A stretch of DNA of 64,000 nt from Ginglymostoma cirratum (lineage: Eukaryota): contig JAHRHZ010000031.1 of assembly GCA_024137785.1 (NCBI GenBank), positions 13,343,992 through 13,407,991 of the forward strand, written 5' to 3'. The notes under the pieces were generated by a model. It was not told where the DNA came from. It saw only the letters and a program-made list of their open reading frames with translations, and searched no databases. Below, piece by piece: positions 1 to 12,282 of this stretch. Every line of letters starts with the position of its first letter. Position 1 is the first letter of the stretch. The translations under genes and the position numbers were made by a program.

Positions 1-295
1 CTCAGGGAGTGGAAGGAGTTCAATCTCAGGGAATGGGGAGGACAGTGATCCCAGGGAATGGAGACGCAGTTGATTTCAGTGAGGTGAGTTTGATCTTAAA
101 GAGTGGGGTGCTTGATGTCAGGGAGTGAGGGGATTTAGTTTCAGGAAGTGGGAGGAGTTTTGTTTGGGGAGTGGGGAGTTTAATTTCAGGGGGCAGGGGA
201 GTTTAGTTTTAGGGAGTGAGGGTTGTTTGACCACTGGGGAGAGTTTGCTCTCAGGACTTGGGAGAACTTGTTCTGAGGTAGTGGGAGGAGGTTGT
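1..295. repeat. Degenerate G-rich minisatellite (~20 bp unit, like tttagtttcagggagtgagggga)
   Basis: Recurrent tcaggga/gtggggagttt units across the first ~300 bp. Confidence 0.7.
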
Positions 296-300
296 TTTAA

Positions 301-633
301 TAGAATCATAGAATTCCGAAAGTGTAGAAGCAGGCCATTCAGCCCATTAAGTCCACACTGAGCCACCCAGACACCCACCCCCACCCAACCCAAACCCAGT
401 AACCATTCATTTCCCATGGCTAATCCACCTAGCCTACATATACCTGGACACTATGGGCAATTTGGCATGGCCTATCCACCTAACGCACACATCTTTGGAA
501 TGTGGGAGGAAACCAGAGCACCCGGAGAAAACCCAAGCAAATTGCACACAGACAATCGTCCAAGGCTGGAATCGAACCTGGGTCCCTGGTCCTGTGAGGC
601 AGCTGTGCTAACCACTGAGTCACTCTGCCACCC
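301..633 (-). mobile_element. HE1-like tRNA-derived SINE
   Basis: Reverse strand has a tRNA-like head (tcagtggttagcacagc...ggttcgattcc), V-SINE-like core and ttcta tail; similar to copies at 10601 and 55828. Confidence 0.85.
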
Positions 634-2319
634 CTTTCAGTAATGGTTGGGATCGGGGTGGGTTTGAATTGGTGGGAGAGTGAAACCTCTAGTGCGGCTG
701 TGACCAGACTGATTTTGTGAGCCTGGGCCAGTCCTTTCTTTATCCTGGCCACACAAACATAGAGTAAAATGTACATTGCAGCTAGGCACTTCCAGTTGGA
801 ATAGAATGAAGGCTCATCCAGAGCAGTCCTAACTTGGCAAATAGGGTCCTTTAAACATCTCAGAGCTCAGAATTGTGTATTTAGAGTGCCTGTTCTCTGA
901 TTTATGTAGGCAATTGACTGTCAAGTGGAAGACTCCAAGTCGGAGGTGGGAGGGGAGGTGGCACGTACAGCAAAATAATTCCCACCATTTTGGGGTCACA
1001 GCCACCTTAGGCAGAATTTCCCCGACAATGGGCTTAACTGGGGGTCAAACACCGACATTGTAGAGCAGTGACTTTCCATACAGGAATAGTAATTTGAAAG
1101 CGTGGCTGTCCGTGATCAGAACACAGGATTAACTGACTGAAAATCACTAATCATTCCATTAAAGTTCCTCTACAATGGTCAATTGCTGATTTGTTACCTT
1201 ATTGGGCATAGGCTTCTTTTGTAATTGCCTCTTTATAGTGGTATGTTTTTGGGTTTTTTGAGTATATCAGTTACTTTTCAGAACTATTTGGCATCAGAGC
1301 TGAGACAGACAATGTCCTCAGTACATAGATGAATAAAATGAGTCTCACTGCAAAACAATCTGAAACACAATACTTCGCTAAAATCATAGACTTCTATGAC
1401 AAAGATGGAGGTCTCTTGTCCCACCAAGCTTGTGCTGGCTTCTTGAAAGTTCCATCCAATTAGCGCTTTTTTACCACTCTTTTCCTGTAGCCGTGCAAGC
1501 TTTCCTGCTCACATATTTCTGTATTTCATTTTGATTTGTGATCCAGGGATGTTCCCTGTTGCTCTTCACCACCTCCATCCTGAGATCACCACACTCAGTA
1601 CAAAGTTAGCCAAAACCTGGACGTCCCCAGACTGTGTAGCTTATAGTTCCATGCCAACAATCCAAGAACTGAGGGCCACTGCAAATACATACTTTAGGCC
1701 CCCAGATGATTTAAACAGTGATCTAACTTTGTAAAATTACCAAATGATTGCTTGCGCACACACAGCGTGAAGCGAGTCTGTACATGCGCGTCAAACGTAG
1801 TTTTCACCTTAGATGGGAATGAACTTTAAAAATAGAACAAACACAGAGCATATGTTAAGCATAATATCGTCAAATAAATGCATAAAACATTGTATGTTTC
1901 AAACCTCACTGCTCAATGTAACACTATGGAAACAAATGGGTTTAAATTTACACAAATGCCTAATCTTATGCTTAAAAATGTTTACGCCCATTCAAAGAAT
2001 ATCCACGATTCAAAATACAGAAAGATACGCTTATGTCACTAGATTACCAATCATTGATCCCATTCTATGATTAATGTTTGGGCTACAGTGTCTGATTTCT
2101 TTTACTGTCCTTTTATCCATTAAATTCTGCTGCAAGTACTCACATTGTATATTAGCAAAGCCATTGTGCAGTATATGTAACAGACATTAGGAGTCTTTAG
2201 TTTTATAAATCTGCTACCTCTTGCTGGGATATTTGTGATTCTATCCATTGTGTAAACTGGAGAAACACAGGAACGTTATAAAATTCAGTTCACCAAAACC
2301 ATTCACAAACACAGCATTA

Positions 2320-2591
2320 ACTTTAACATATAATGATTCATCACACCACTTCACTCAACGCCTCCATTCCATCGTTGCTAAATTAACAGACTGCTTATCC
2401 AAATAGATCAGCAGCAATTTCCTCCAATTAGGATGACTGAAAACATTGCTTTTAGACCCTGTTCCAAATTATGTCCCTTAGCTATATTGATGCCATCCAT
2501 CCTCCTTGCAATGGTCTGAGATTTAAGCCAGTCTGTTTGAAACATTGGTGTCTACTTGATCCTGAGATGAGTTTTTGACCACATCAACATA
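2320..2591 (+). mobile_element. L2-like LINE fragment, part upstream of the LTR insertion
   Basis: Decayed L2-type RT C-terminal sequence that continues at ~3760. Confidence 0.6.
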
Positions 2592-3756
2592 TGTAGGATT
2601 GTGCAAATATCCTCATCATCTAAAACACTGGACAAGACTCTGGACTTTTCTAATATCGAAAATGCTGGGCAACATCCTGAGCTCATGGTGCAACAATACA
2701 GCACAGAGCCAGAATGATTTCTGTCTGGGATTATTGTTCACTAATTTACCCCTCCATTCTAAGAGAACAATCGATCAAACCCAACACTCTGGATTGAAAC
2801 TAACTGTTACACCTCTGGCTACGCAACACAGACAGTAATGGAGCCTCAGAGATACTGGACATTCAACTTCAATAAAAAAATACATTCACACATACTCTGT
2901 ACTATCAGGAAGAAAACTGACACCAGAAACATGATGGCAACACAGATTTGAGATTCGTGGGGCACACAGTCTGTATAACTACTAGTCCTAATCTTACCTG
3001 AGGGAGTGCCCTCTTCAACAACAAGCTTCTGCAGAAACAGTTCTGAGGAAGCGTCCCTGGACCCAAACATTAACCCTGATTTCTCTTCACAGATGCTGCC
3101 AGACCTACTGAGCTTTTCCAGCAACTTCTGTTTTTGTTTTTTGCAGAAACAGATTTCCCACAGGCTTCCAGGCCCAACAAACAGCTTCAGAACCACAGAG
3201 GCTGAACAGAGAAGCTGAACCAAGGGCATCATCACAACAAAGATCATCCGACAGGGGAGAAGCCAATGACGCAGTATCCAAACAAGAGCTTCCAGACACA
3301 GACCTGTTCCGAACCGAGCGGCAAGAATCTCAGCAACCAGATGCACTTTAAAACTATGTTCTCCTCATGTGGTGAGCTTAAATTCCTGAGACCCCAAGGT
3401 TTCCCCAGGGAGGGGAAGGTGGCTGGCGACAGTGCAGGGACCCAAATGGTAGGAAGCCTGATTAAAGTTTCTGTGATTGAAACTACTATTTAGCTTCTAA
3501 TAGTGTTTAACCTGTTTTTAATTTAATACTGTATTTAATTACTGTTCTTTATACAGTTGATTGTGTCAATTTCATTGTTTATTACATTTGCCTTTATTTC
3601 TTGTATTATACTTACCTTTTGTGTATAATAAACATAGAGATTTGTTTGCCCTAAAACACCCGTCTACTGCCTTCTTCATTTCACATTCCCTAAGTAAGTC
3701 CAGTGTCAAACTGTTTAAAAATCAGCAAATTACTGATCGCAAACCAGAACGCTACA
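2592..3756 (+). mobile_element. Solo LTR
   Basis: TGTAG...CTACA inverted termini; 4-bp TSD CATA (2588-2591 and 3757-3760); AATAAA near 3626; interrupts an L2 copy. Confidence 0.75.
3041..3141 (+). mobile_element. Penelope-derived short end module with degenerate hammerhead core, nested in the LTR
   Basis: CTGAGGAAG...acccaaacatt followed by cagatgctgccagacc; 11-bp TSD TGCAGAAACAG (3030-3040, 3142-3152). Confidence 0.75.
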
Positions 3757-3760
3757 CATA

Positions 3761-4380
3761 CAAGAACACTTATTCCCAGCTCCCTAACTTCACACAGCTT
3801 TGTCCCTCTATCAGCAGCAAATGAACTGACACTTTCATTCATGACTTAATTGTATCTAGACTCAACTATTCCAGTGCACTTTGGGGTGATCTCCCTTATA
3901 TTCCATGCTCTGTTAACCAGAGGTTATCTTAAAATCCAATGCCCATGGCTTAACTCACACCAAGTTCCATTCCTCTGTCACCCCTCAGCTTACTGACCTC
4001 ACAAGCAACATTTTAGAATTATTTTCCTTGTTTTCAAATCCTTCACATCTCCCTCTATGCAATTTCCTCCATTGTGGACTCATTTAACACTTGCCTCTTG
4101 TGGGTCTCTAATTTTAGTTCCAACACCATTGACGGTATGTCTTCAGTCATCTCGGCTCAGAGCTCTAGAATATCTCCTTACAACTCATCATCTCTCTACT
4201 TCACTTTCCTTCTTTAAAGCACTCCTTAAAAGCTCCCTCTTTGACCAAGCTTTTCATTACCCAAACTACTTTTTGTTGATGTACCTATATGATACATTTT
4301 GCTTCATAATACACTGGTGAAGCAACTTGAGGTGTTTCATTAAAATAAAGGTGCTACATAAGTATAGTTATTGCTGTTGT
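3761..4380 (+). mobile_element. L2-like LINE 3' end
   Basis: ctagactcaactattcc...aaaggtgctacataagtatagttattgctgttgt, a typical L2 tail; related copy at ~43870-44345. Confidence 0.7.
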
Positions 4381-5124
4381 TATATCATATGCCATTCTTC
4401 TATATGTACGTAAAAACATTCTCAGATACGAAATTCCCATAGATTTGAATGAACCGCTTAGATCCATCCCTAACAGACCCAACGGTTAAAGGCAAGAATT
4501 TCTTTTTAAAAACACCTGGAATAAGTTGTTTAAAAAAGCATACCTTGAATTAAAACTGAAAATCATAATTAATTAATGGTGACCAGACAATATTAGCATT
4601 CTATGAAATCCCTTAACTAAAACACAACCTGAAAGCTCACTCACAGCTAACTTTTTATCATTCTGTGTACTGAACATGCAAGTACTCAGTTGAATGGTTT
4701 ATTTAGTAGGGGTATCAAACTTAAGCTTCTTTAAGAGTTTCATTCAATATTTGAGTAGGTGTAATTGGACAGAAATGAAAGCAAGCGATCCCAAGAGGTT
4801 TTTATTTTCATTTTGGTCGTATGAGAAATGGAGAGTTCCCATATATAGATAAAGTTAAATAGAATTTTATAGCACATGAGTCTGCTCCCTTCTTACTTGA
4901 TTTATCAAGATATTCTTCTGTTCTCTCCCTAATACTCTGGGCTAGCTCTCTGTTGAATTCATTTTTGTTATTTCCTTCTCACACCTCCATATAATAATAA
5001 TTGCATATGCTTCCCACTCTTGGTTAAATAGGCTTCACCTTAATTATATACAGAATTTGATTTTGGATATCTCATATTTATGGCCCCTAATTGTAGAATC
5101 TCTTTAAGTAAGATTATGTGCATA

Positions 5125-5765
5125 TGAACATACGATTCAAAAACAGGGACTTACCTTTCATCCCTTACAGCCTGCTCCACTGTTCAATAAGATCATGGCT
5201 CATCTGAATGTCACCTCAAATCTACTTTCCCACCAATCCCTGATAATCTTTCAACCTCTTTCTTATGAAAAATCTAATCACCAATCTAATATAAATCTAA
5301 TCCACTAACTTGATTAAAAATACTCAAAAATTTACTTCCACCACAGCGAGTTCAAAAGACTCACAATCCTCTGAAACAAAAATAAATTGTCTAACCAATG
5401 TTATAAATAGGCTACCCCTGATTTTTAGAAGTGACCCCTAGTTGTAGATTCTCCCATAAAAGGAAACATCCCACACACATTTACCCTGTCAAAACCCTTC
5501 AGGATTTTGCATGTTTCAGTTAAATTACCTGTTATTCTTCTAAACTCAAATGGATACAAATTGAGTCTATCCAAGCTTTCACTGTAAGACAATTTGCCCA
5601 TTCAAGGTATTAATCTCATAAATCTTCTCTGAACTGTCTAAAACACATTCACTTTCTTCCTTAAATACTGTACATAATACTCCTGGTGCAGACTCACCCG
5701 GAATCACTAAACAAGACTTTTGCATTCAATTCCCTGTGCGATGAATGATAACATTCTATTACCTT
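5125..5765 (-). mobile_element. CR1-like LINE 3' fragment (old)
   Basis: cagcctgctccactgttcaataagatcatggct 3' motif plus decayed RT C-terminus; related to 47600-47900 and 55480-56475. Confidence 0.65.
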
Positions 5766-5799
5766 GTACCTTTCATGTCTTCTAGGAGAAACAGAGTAA

Positions 5800-7400
5800 A
5801 GTCAACAGTCCCACAAAGCCATACGTTTAATGGCCTTGAATGTAAATCAGAGAGAGAGGACTGAAGCGTCACAGTGGTCAATTTTCCAACCCACGGCATC
5901 TTCATACTGAGCTCCCTATGCAGTAACATCAGATCATTAGCATGAACAGCAGTGGAAAACATTGTGCTGATCGGGCCTACCATACTTGTAGAGTCAGCAA
6001 GCAACTTAATTCCCAGGTAGAACACATGGGTGACAGTCATAAATCACATTATAATGCATGAGATAAACCCCATGCCTTTGATCATGATTGCATCAGACGT
6101 CAGAATAAGGTGGGCACCTATGGTGACTATCCTGTCTCCTTGTGAGGAAGGGACAGTTCCAATGGCTAGTGCAATGGAATGCAGATCGGTGTGTGTATCC
6201 AGTCGATTCTGAGAGTCTTGTAACTGGATTGCCATGGCAGTTGCCGATCTGTCCATGGAGTCAGACAGATGCTCACATGCCAGAAGGAGCAAGGACACAA
6301 TAGTGTTCCTGCAGTCCTGCAGCCTTTGTGTCAGATTGCCCAACGACCCTGAAGAGCCTGCCTGCTGCTCCTGTGTCTAGCCATGCATTTGACTGAAGTC
6401 ATAAAAGGCCAACATCATGGGGTCCTCTCCTGCTCAGGGTGAATGGGTTCCTGGTCTCTGAATTGACCTGAGTCAACGAACTTTCGTGTTTCTTCCTGGA
6501 CCAGCTGTGAAGTCATGGCAGTGAAGTCTGGCCAGAATGTGCTCTTGTTTCGCCTCTGGATCAAATACCCACTGAGGTGCCAGCATCTGAGCTGATAAGG
6601 GGTGCAGTCTTGCCCATGCATTCTCTGAGGCATCTGTGCCAACTTACTGAAAGTTAGAGGAGGGAATATCCACAGGTCTTAGCCTCTTGAAACCATGCAG
6701 AAGCCATTGGCCCCTGCAGGAGACAAAAGAAAAAATGCTTCACAAGTAAGTGAGAAAGGTTCAGGCACATTAAAAATTCGCACTGGGGATAACGGGACAG
6801 TAGCACAGTAATGGACAATGCTTCTCACATGTTGACAATACATGGATGTTTTGGCATCAGCACAGAAGCAATCCCAGTTTTTGCCCATGACAGCCAGGAT
6901 TCTCTCTTCATAGGGAGTGGGGAGGTGAATGCCAGACATCCCATCACCTGTTTTGGCTATTCAAGCCAACTGTTTGTGCTGGTGCAGTTGCAGGATAGAT
7001 ATTGAGGTGTCCCAAGTGAGACAGTACGCAGCAAACAGGGCAGACAAGGTTAATACAATAGGCACTGCTTGAGACCAAATGAGGGAAGATGGTGCAGGCA
7101 ATAATGAAAGTGGTAGAGTGTGAGCCTTGGTGGGAGGTGGTGTGCAGTAACAGAGACAGAGTAATTGGGATATAGAAGAGAGAAGACCGTGTCACTTACG
7201 TCGAAGCAGAGAAGGTCTTTTTCCTATTGTGCTGAGCATTCCTCTGGGTCATTGAGGCTACACTGACCCAGCTTTCAACCGCGACCCAGACTGGTGGATT
7301 CTACGGTCATGGCCCCCTCTGCTAGTCCTGATGGAAGAGGACATGTATCGAGCCATCCTCCCCTGAGCCAACCTCATAGGAAAGAGGTTGGGAAGACAGT
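5800..7400 (-). mobile_element. Harbinger/PIF ORF2 (Myb/SANT-like) relic with introns
   Basis: Minus-strand fragments HVLF...VWVAVESWVSVASMTQRNAQHNRKK, then a gtaagt donor (7194-7199), then PTPYEERILAVMG; stop codons present. Confidence 0.55.
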
Positions 7401-8841
7401 CAATTCACCTTCACCATGTTGATGCACATGTCTAGTTGATTTCCCTGTATGTGATGTTCCCCTATTATATAATGATCAGAAGCAGGTCTCCAGTGGGCAC
7501 TGGGAACAGGGTAGTAGTGACCTAGAAAGGGTGTTTAATGGCATACTGGTAATAACAAGTAAACTGTGTAGCCTAGTGGTAAACAGAGAGGTAAACAGGG
7601 TGAGAGAATGGGGTTGTGTCTGTGAAGGTTGTATCTGCAACAATGCCTGCTATGTACTCTGAACAGTGTGGCTTTGTGGCTGCCGAGCAGTTATGTTGGT
7701 GGTGAAGGTCAACGGTGAATTGCACCTTGAGCTGGTGCACAGCTGCATGGGATGCCAGTCTTTTGATGGAAATCTGGTGAGTGACGAGTTGTTCTGGGAA
7801 TAGCACGTAGTAAAATAAGGATAAAATCGGGAATTACAGACATCCTAGGGGTGGGGTAGGCGGTTAATGAGATGTGTTTGGTAAGATTCGCCAAGAAATC
7901 TCACTGAGACTCACCACAAAAACCCATCCAAAAAGCTCAACGTAACTTAGCCAAAAAACTAAGATGCAGCACAGGTTACAGTAGGTAAGCATTAATCTGT
8001 CTCCTTCGAGTGTTCATGTCCAATTGCTGTCTGAGTTTCTTCCAGAGAGATAAAGAAAGAGAGTGAATCGCTGTCTAGCATGTTGCATTCTTCCTCTAGA
8101 CTCTCTCAAATCCACCCACTCAGTGTTATTTATACTATGTGATATGTAGCTCCACAACATCATCAGAAGATAGCTCAAGGGTCCTAAGTTCCTTATACAA
8201 CACTAACTTCCATCCAGGATCCAAGCTTATCTTCTTTGTTTTTGCATCTGCAGTCCCAGCAGCAGCTACCACAAACGCCGGCATTGCTGGAAGCGTTGAA
8301 GCATTCAGTCAATCATTTGACCAGCAGGCCAGAGGGTGGAAATGCCTCCTCGGTGAAGGGTAGAAATCCAACTTGCAAGCTGTTAATGCTGCCGTCTGTG
8401 TGCTTTAGCCACAGGAATGACTTCTTCGAGGGTTGGTCACCGACCAAATTTTCAGTCGGTAGGTCGATCATCAATGATCATCTTATTCCTGCTCTTGGCT
8501 GTATATTCATAGGAATATTGGTAAAACTTGTCTTTGCGTGATGCCGTAGAATGGGTTGTAACAAATTTCAATAGAAATAAAAATCAGAAATAAAGAGGTG
8601 ACAAATCACTTCCATCTATTTTAAACTATCCCACATGGTCAAAATATCCTCATGTCTGTGAAATAGATTAGTTTTGTTGTAGTATGAGTCTGAAAATATT
8701 AATACTTGATTGAGTGCAATGTGCAACACTCACTGAGATGTTGTCATCAGGACTTGGATGGGAGCGTTAAGGAGTGTCCAATGTAGGACAGAGCTAAGGC
8801 TATGTCCTGTCAATAGTCTTTGTAGGTATTTTCCTAATCAA

Positions 8842-9432
8842 AAACAAAGTTGCTGGAAAAGCTCAGCAGGTCTGGCAGCACCTGTGGAGGAGAAAACAGA
8901 GTTAACGTNNNNNNNNNNNNNNNNNNNNNNNNNNNNNNNNNNNNNNNNNNNNNNNNNNNNNNNNNNNNNNNNNNNNNNNNNNNNNNNNNNNNNNNNNNNN
9001 NNNNNNNNNNNNNNNNNNNNNNNNNNNNNNNNNNNNNNNNNNNNNNNNNNNNNNNNNNNNNNNNNNNNNNNNNNNNNNNNNNNNNNNNNNNNNNNNNNNN
9101 NNNNNNNNNNNNNNNNNNNNNNNNNNNNNNNNNNNNNNNNNNNNNNNNNNNNNNNNNNNNNNNNNNNNNNNNNNNNNNNNNNNNNNNNNNNNNNNNNNNN
9201 NNNNNNNNNNNNNNNNNNNNNNNNNNNNNNNNNNNNNNNNNNNNNNNNNNNNNNNNNNNNNNNNNNNNNNNNNNNNNNNNNNNNNNNNNNNNNNNNNNNN
9301 NNNNNNNNAGGGTCACCGGACCCGAAACGTTAACTCTGTTTTCTCCTCCACAGATGCTGCCAGACCTGCTGAGCTTTTCCAGCAACTTTGTTTTTGTTCC
9401 TGATTTACAGCATTCACAGTTCTTTTGGTTTT
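8842..9432. mobile_element. Penelope-derived inverted-arm insertion spanning an assembly gap
   Basis: Left arm (to 8908) is the reverse complement of the right arm (from ~9327); 15-bp TSD TATTTTCCTAATCAA (8827-8841, 9433-9447). Confidence 0.8.
8909..9308. other. Assembly gap (400 N)
   Basis: Run of N. Confidence 1.
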
Positions 9433-9680
9433 TATTTTCCTAATCAACCTGTTCAGAGAGATTATTATGGACCTCTGGAGCAGGTGGAACGTAAACCCAG
9501 GCCTCCTGACTCTAAGTTGGAACACTACCAATGCACCACATGAGCCTTCAACAATCTTTGGTGATATTTTCCTAATCAATCTGTTCAGAGATGTTATTAC
9601 ACATCTCTAGAGCAGATGCGTCCCAAACCCAGACCTACTGGCACAAAGGGAAGGTCACTACGATTGCACCACAAGAGCCC
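9433..9680 (-). mobile_element. Two tandem copies of a short tRNA-derived SINE (~115 bp each)
   Basis: 9433-9547 aligns to 9565-9680; reverse strand starts gggctcttgtggtgcaatcgtagtg (A-box-like). Confidence 0.65.
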
Positions 9681-10600
9681 GCAGTAATCTTTGTAATAAC
9701 GTAGAGACTGTTCTTATATGCTGTAAATCATTGCAGGCAAACAATACACACCTTCTTATTTATTCTACAAGTCTCTTCTCTTTAGACGGAAACTTTGTTA
9801 CTTCGCACACAATCAGAATTAATGAGGTACATAATAACTAAAATTTTGAAATTTTAAAATCTCCAGTATTTCACATTCGTGAAATGAGATTTTACACTTT
9901 TTATCTTGCCATTTCTAGTTGCTTAACTATCATTAACAAGTAAAAGTAATTTAAAAGATACTCATACTGTTATTACTCAAATTGTTTTCCTGTGATGCAC
10001 TTAATGGACAATTAACGGGCAAAAACCTCGTTGAAATTTGCAAGGAACTTAAAGGTGTGGTGCTATTTCCATCAAGCCATAAAATGGCAGAAATTTGCCA
10101 ACAACTTGTGGCAATTCACAATTCCCTGGACATTGCTTCCTTGGCCTGAAATACTAATTCACCTTCACAGCAATAAGGATGAGTCCTACGCATACTCCCA
10201 TTTATCTCGTGTACTCCAACCCAAGGCCTAGAAATAGTATTCTTTGTTGCAGTAGCTAAAACCTACCACAAGATGGTGGAAAAGTTGCCTTTCAAATACT
10301 TGCAAATAATGTATGAAACTACTGAAGAAGATATGCTCTACAAGACACAAGTATTTATAAAAACACTCATCATTCAGCTAGCTAATGTTATGAATTTACA
10401 TTTATGGCTTATACAGTGATGAATAGAGAAACAGTTAGCTCAATTGGCTGGACAGAAAGCATATCGATCAGATTCATGACAACAGTGTGGGTTTCGATCC
10501 CTGTCCAATTGAAACAGATTCAGGAGCTGCCTCCTTACCTTAGCTAGAGTAAAAAGCATGCCATTTTGCCATGGTTCAGTGAATAATTGTCAAGAATTTT

Positions 10601-10938
10601 ATAGAATGATAAAATCCCTACAGTCCATCGAATCCGCACTGAGCATCCAAACAGCATCCCACACAGACCCACGCCACCCCGATCCTGTCCCTGTAACCCT
10701 GCATTTCCCATGTCTGATCCACTTAGCCTGCACATTCCTGCACACTATGGGCAACTTAGCATGGCCAATCCACCTAATCTGTGCATCTTTGTGACTGTGG
10801 AAGGGAACTGGAGTACTTGGAGGAAATCCACACAGGCACAGGAAGAACATGAAAACTCCACACAGACAGTTGCCTGAGGATGGAATCAAATTCAGGTCCC
10901 TGAGACTGTGAGGCAACCGTGCTAACCACTGTGCTGCC
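10601..10938 (-). mobile_element. HE1-like SINE
   Basis: Same head, core and tail as the other HE1-like copies. Confidence 0.85.
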
Positions 10939-10939
10939 C

Positions 10940-11165
10940 TTAAGAAAGGAACAGGAGTAGGCCATTCATCCATTCAAGCCTGCTCCATCATTTAATATGA
11001 TTATGGGTGATCATCCAACTCAGTGCCCTGTTCCTACCCTCTCCCCATACCATTTGATCCCTTTAGCCCTAGCAACTATATCTAACTTATCGTTGAAGGC
11101 ATTCAACGTTTTGACATCAAACTTTTTCCACAGCAGAGAATTTGACAGACTCGCCATTCTCTGGG
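10940..11165 (-). mobile_element. CR1-like LINE 3' fragment
   Basis: aggagtaggccattc...gcctgctcc 3' terminal motif; similar in reverse to 13080-13290. Confidence 0.7.
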
Positions 11166-11949
11166 TGGTGACTCAACAGCATCAACAATCTCTGAAATTT
11201 CCACAAGTTGGATTGAAAAGTTATCATTATTGTCATCACAACTAAAACATACATGACTGAAGCTATTGTGCAATGGCTTTAGGGCCCTGCACAACCTTAC
11301 AATGAATGTCATGGAGTTGCATTATGCAGGGTATAAATAGAACAGTGTAGATGGAATTAGTCAGACAAAAAGTTGATAGATCAATGGCGGAGAATCGTTA
11401 GAATGTAGGCAAATAATCTTTTAACAATGAAGCAATAAGGTTTAAACCTGGTATATCTGAGATTACCATGCATATATTGTAGATTATGTTAACATGCAAT
11501 ACAGGACTTCTATACCAACCTAAGCTTGAAGATAGTTCTTGTTTTGTCTTCTTCTTGATCATTCTGTCTTAAATCCAAACTCTCAGGTGTTGCCTTAAAA
11601 CCACTCAAAGAATGACGGTGGCATTGACGACATACACTGCCTATAAACTATGGCAGTATTGAAATTCAAAAAATAGAACTGAAATTGCCTGGAGACGAAT
11701 TCCAAAACAAGAGTCAAATTTCCACTGTGAATGCCTCCATTCTGTCTGCAAGGACAACCACAAACTTTCAGTTCCTTGTCAATTTAATTGTCAACCTTAC
11801 TCTCGTGCTGGCCTTTCTGTCCATGGCCTGTTACAGAGCTGCAGTGAAGCTTCAGTGGTTCCAGTGAAAATCAGTGCAATCACAAGAAGAACATCTTGTC
11901 TGTCAATTCAACATTCTACAACCATCTGGAACCATTGTGTTCAGCAACT

Positions 11950-12282
11950 TTAGAGGTGGGAGGAAAAGGAGAATTCTCCATTGAAAGTCCTGCCCTTGAT
12001 GGTTCTTCTGTAATGATACTGATTTGCTACAACTGTGCCTATAACAAGGTCTGTCCAATTTTCTAAGCAGGTAGATATAGGGCTGCACTTATTTATTTAG
12101 TGCAATACTGCTGCTCTTAACAGGGTAAGGCAGTCCTCCCAGTGGCCATGTGGGTCATTGTCATCCTCAACATTTAATGGTCTGATCTTTCCAGGTGGTA
12201 ACAGGAGACATTACAAATATCTAGCAATAGGAGTATCCAGAAGATGAAGTAGGGCCCATGCACAAGGCCTCTTCTCTCAAGA
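11950..12282 (+). pseudogene. Harbinger (HARBI1-like DDE) transposase relic, N-terminal part
   Basis: Translates to AVLPVAMWVIVILNI* and FQVVTGDITNI*Q, resembling HARBI1-family ALPVAVKVTVALNF..SFQ..TGDI.NISQ; stops and frameshift. Confidence 0.65.

Noticed and set aside
118-417. Pro/Lys-rich ORFs at the window start
   Set aside because: Products of a minisatellite plus a SINE tail
8758-9443. Long ORFs of 183-197 aa
   Set aside because: Artefacts of translating through the N gap
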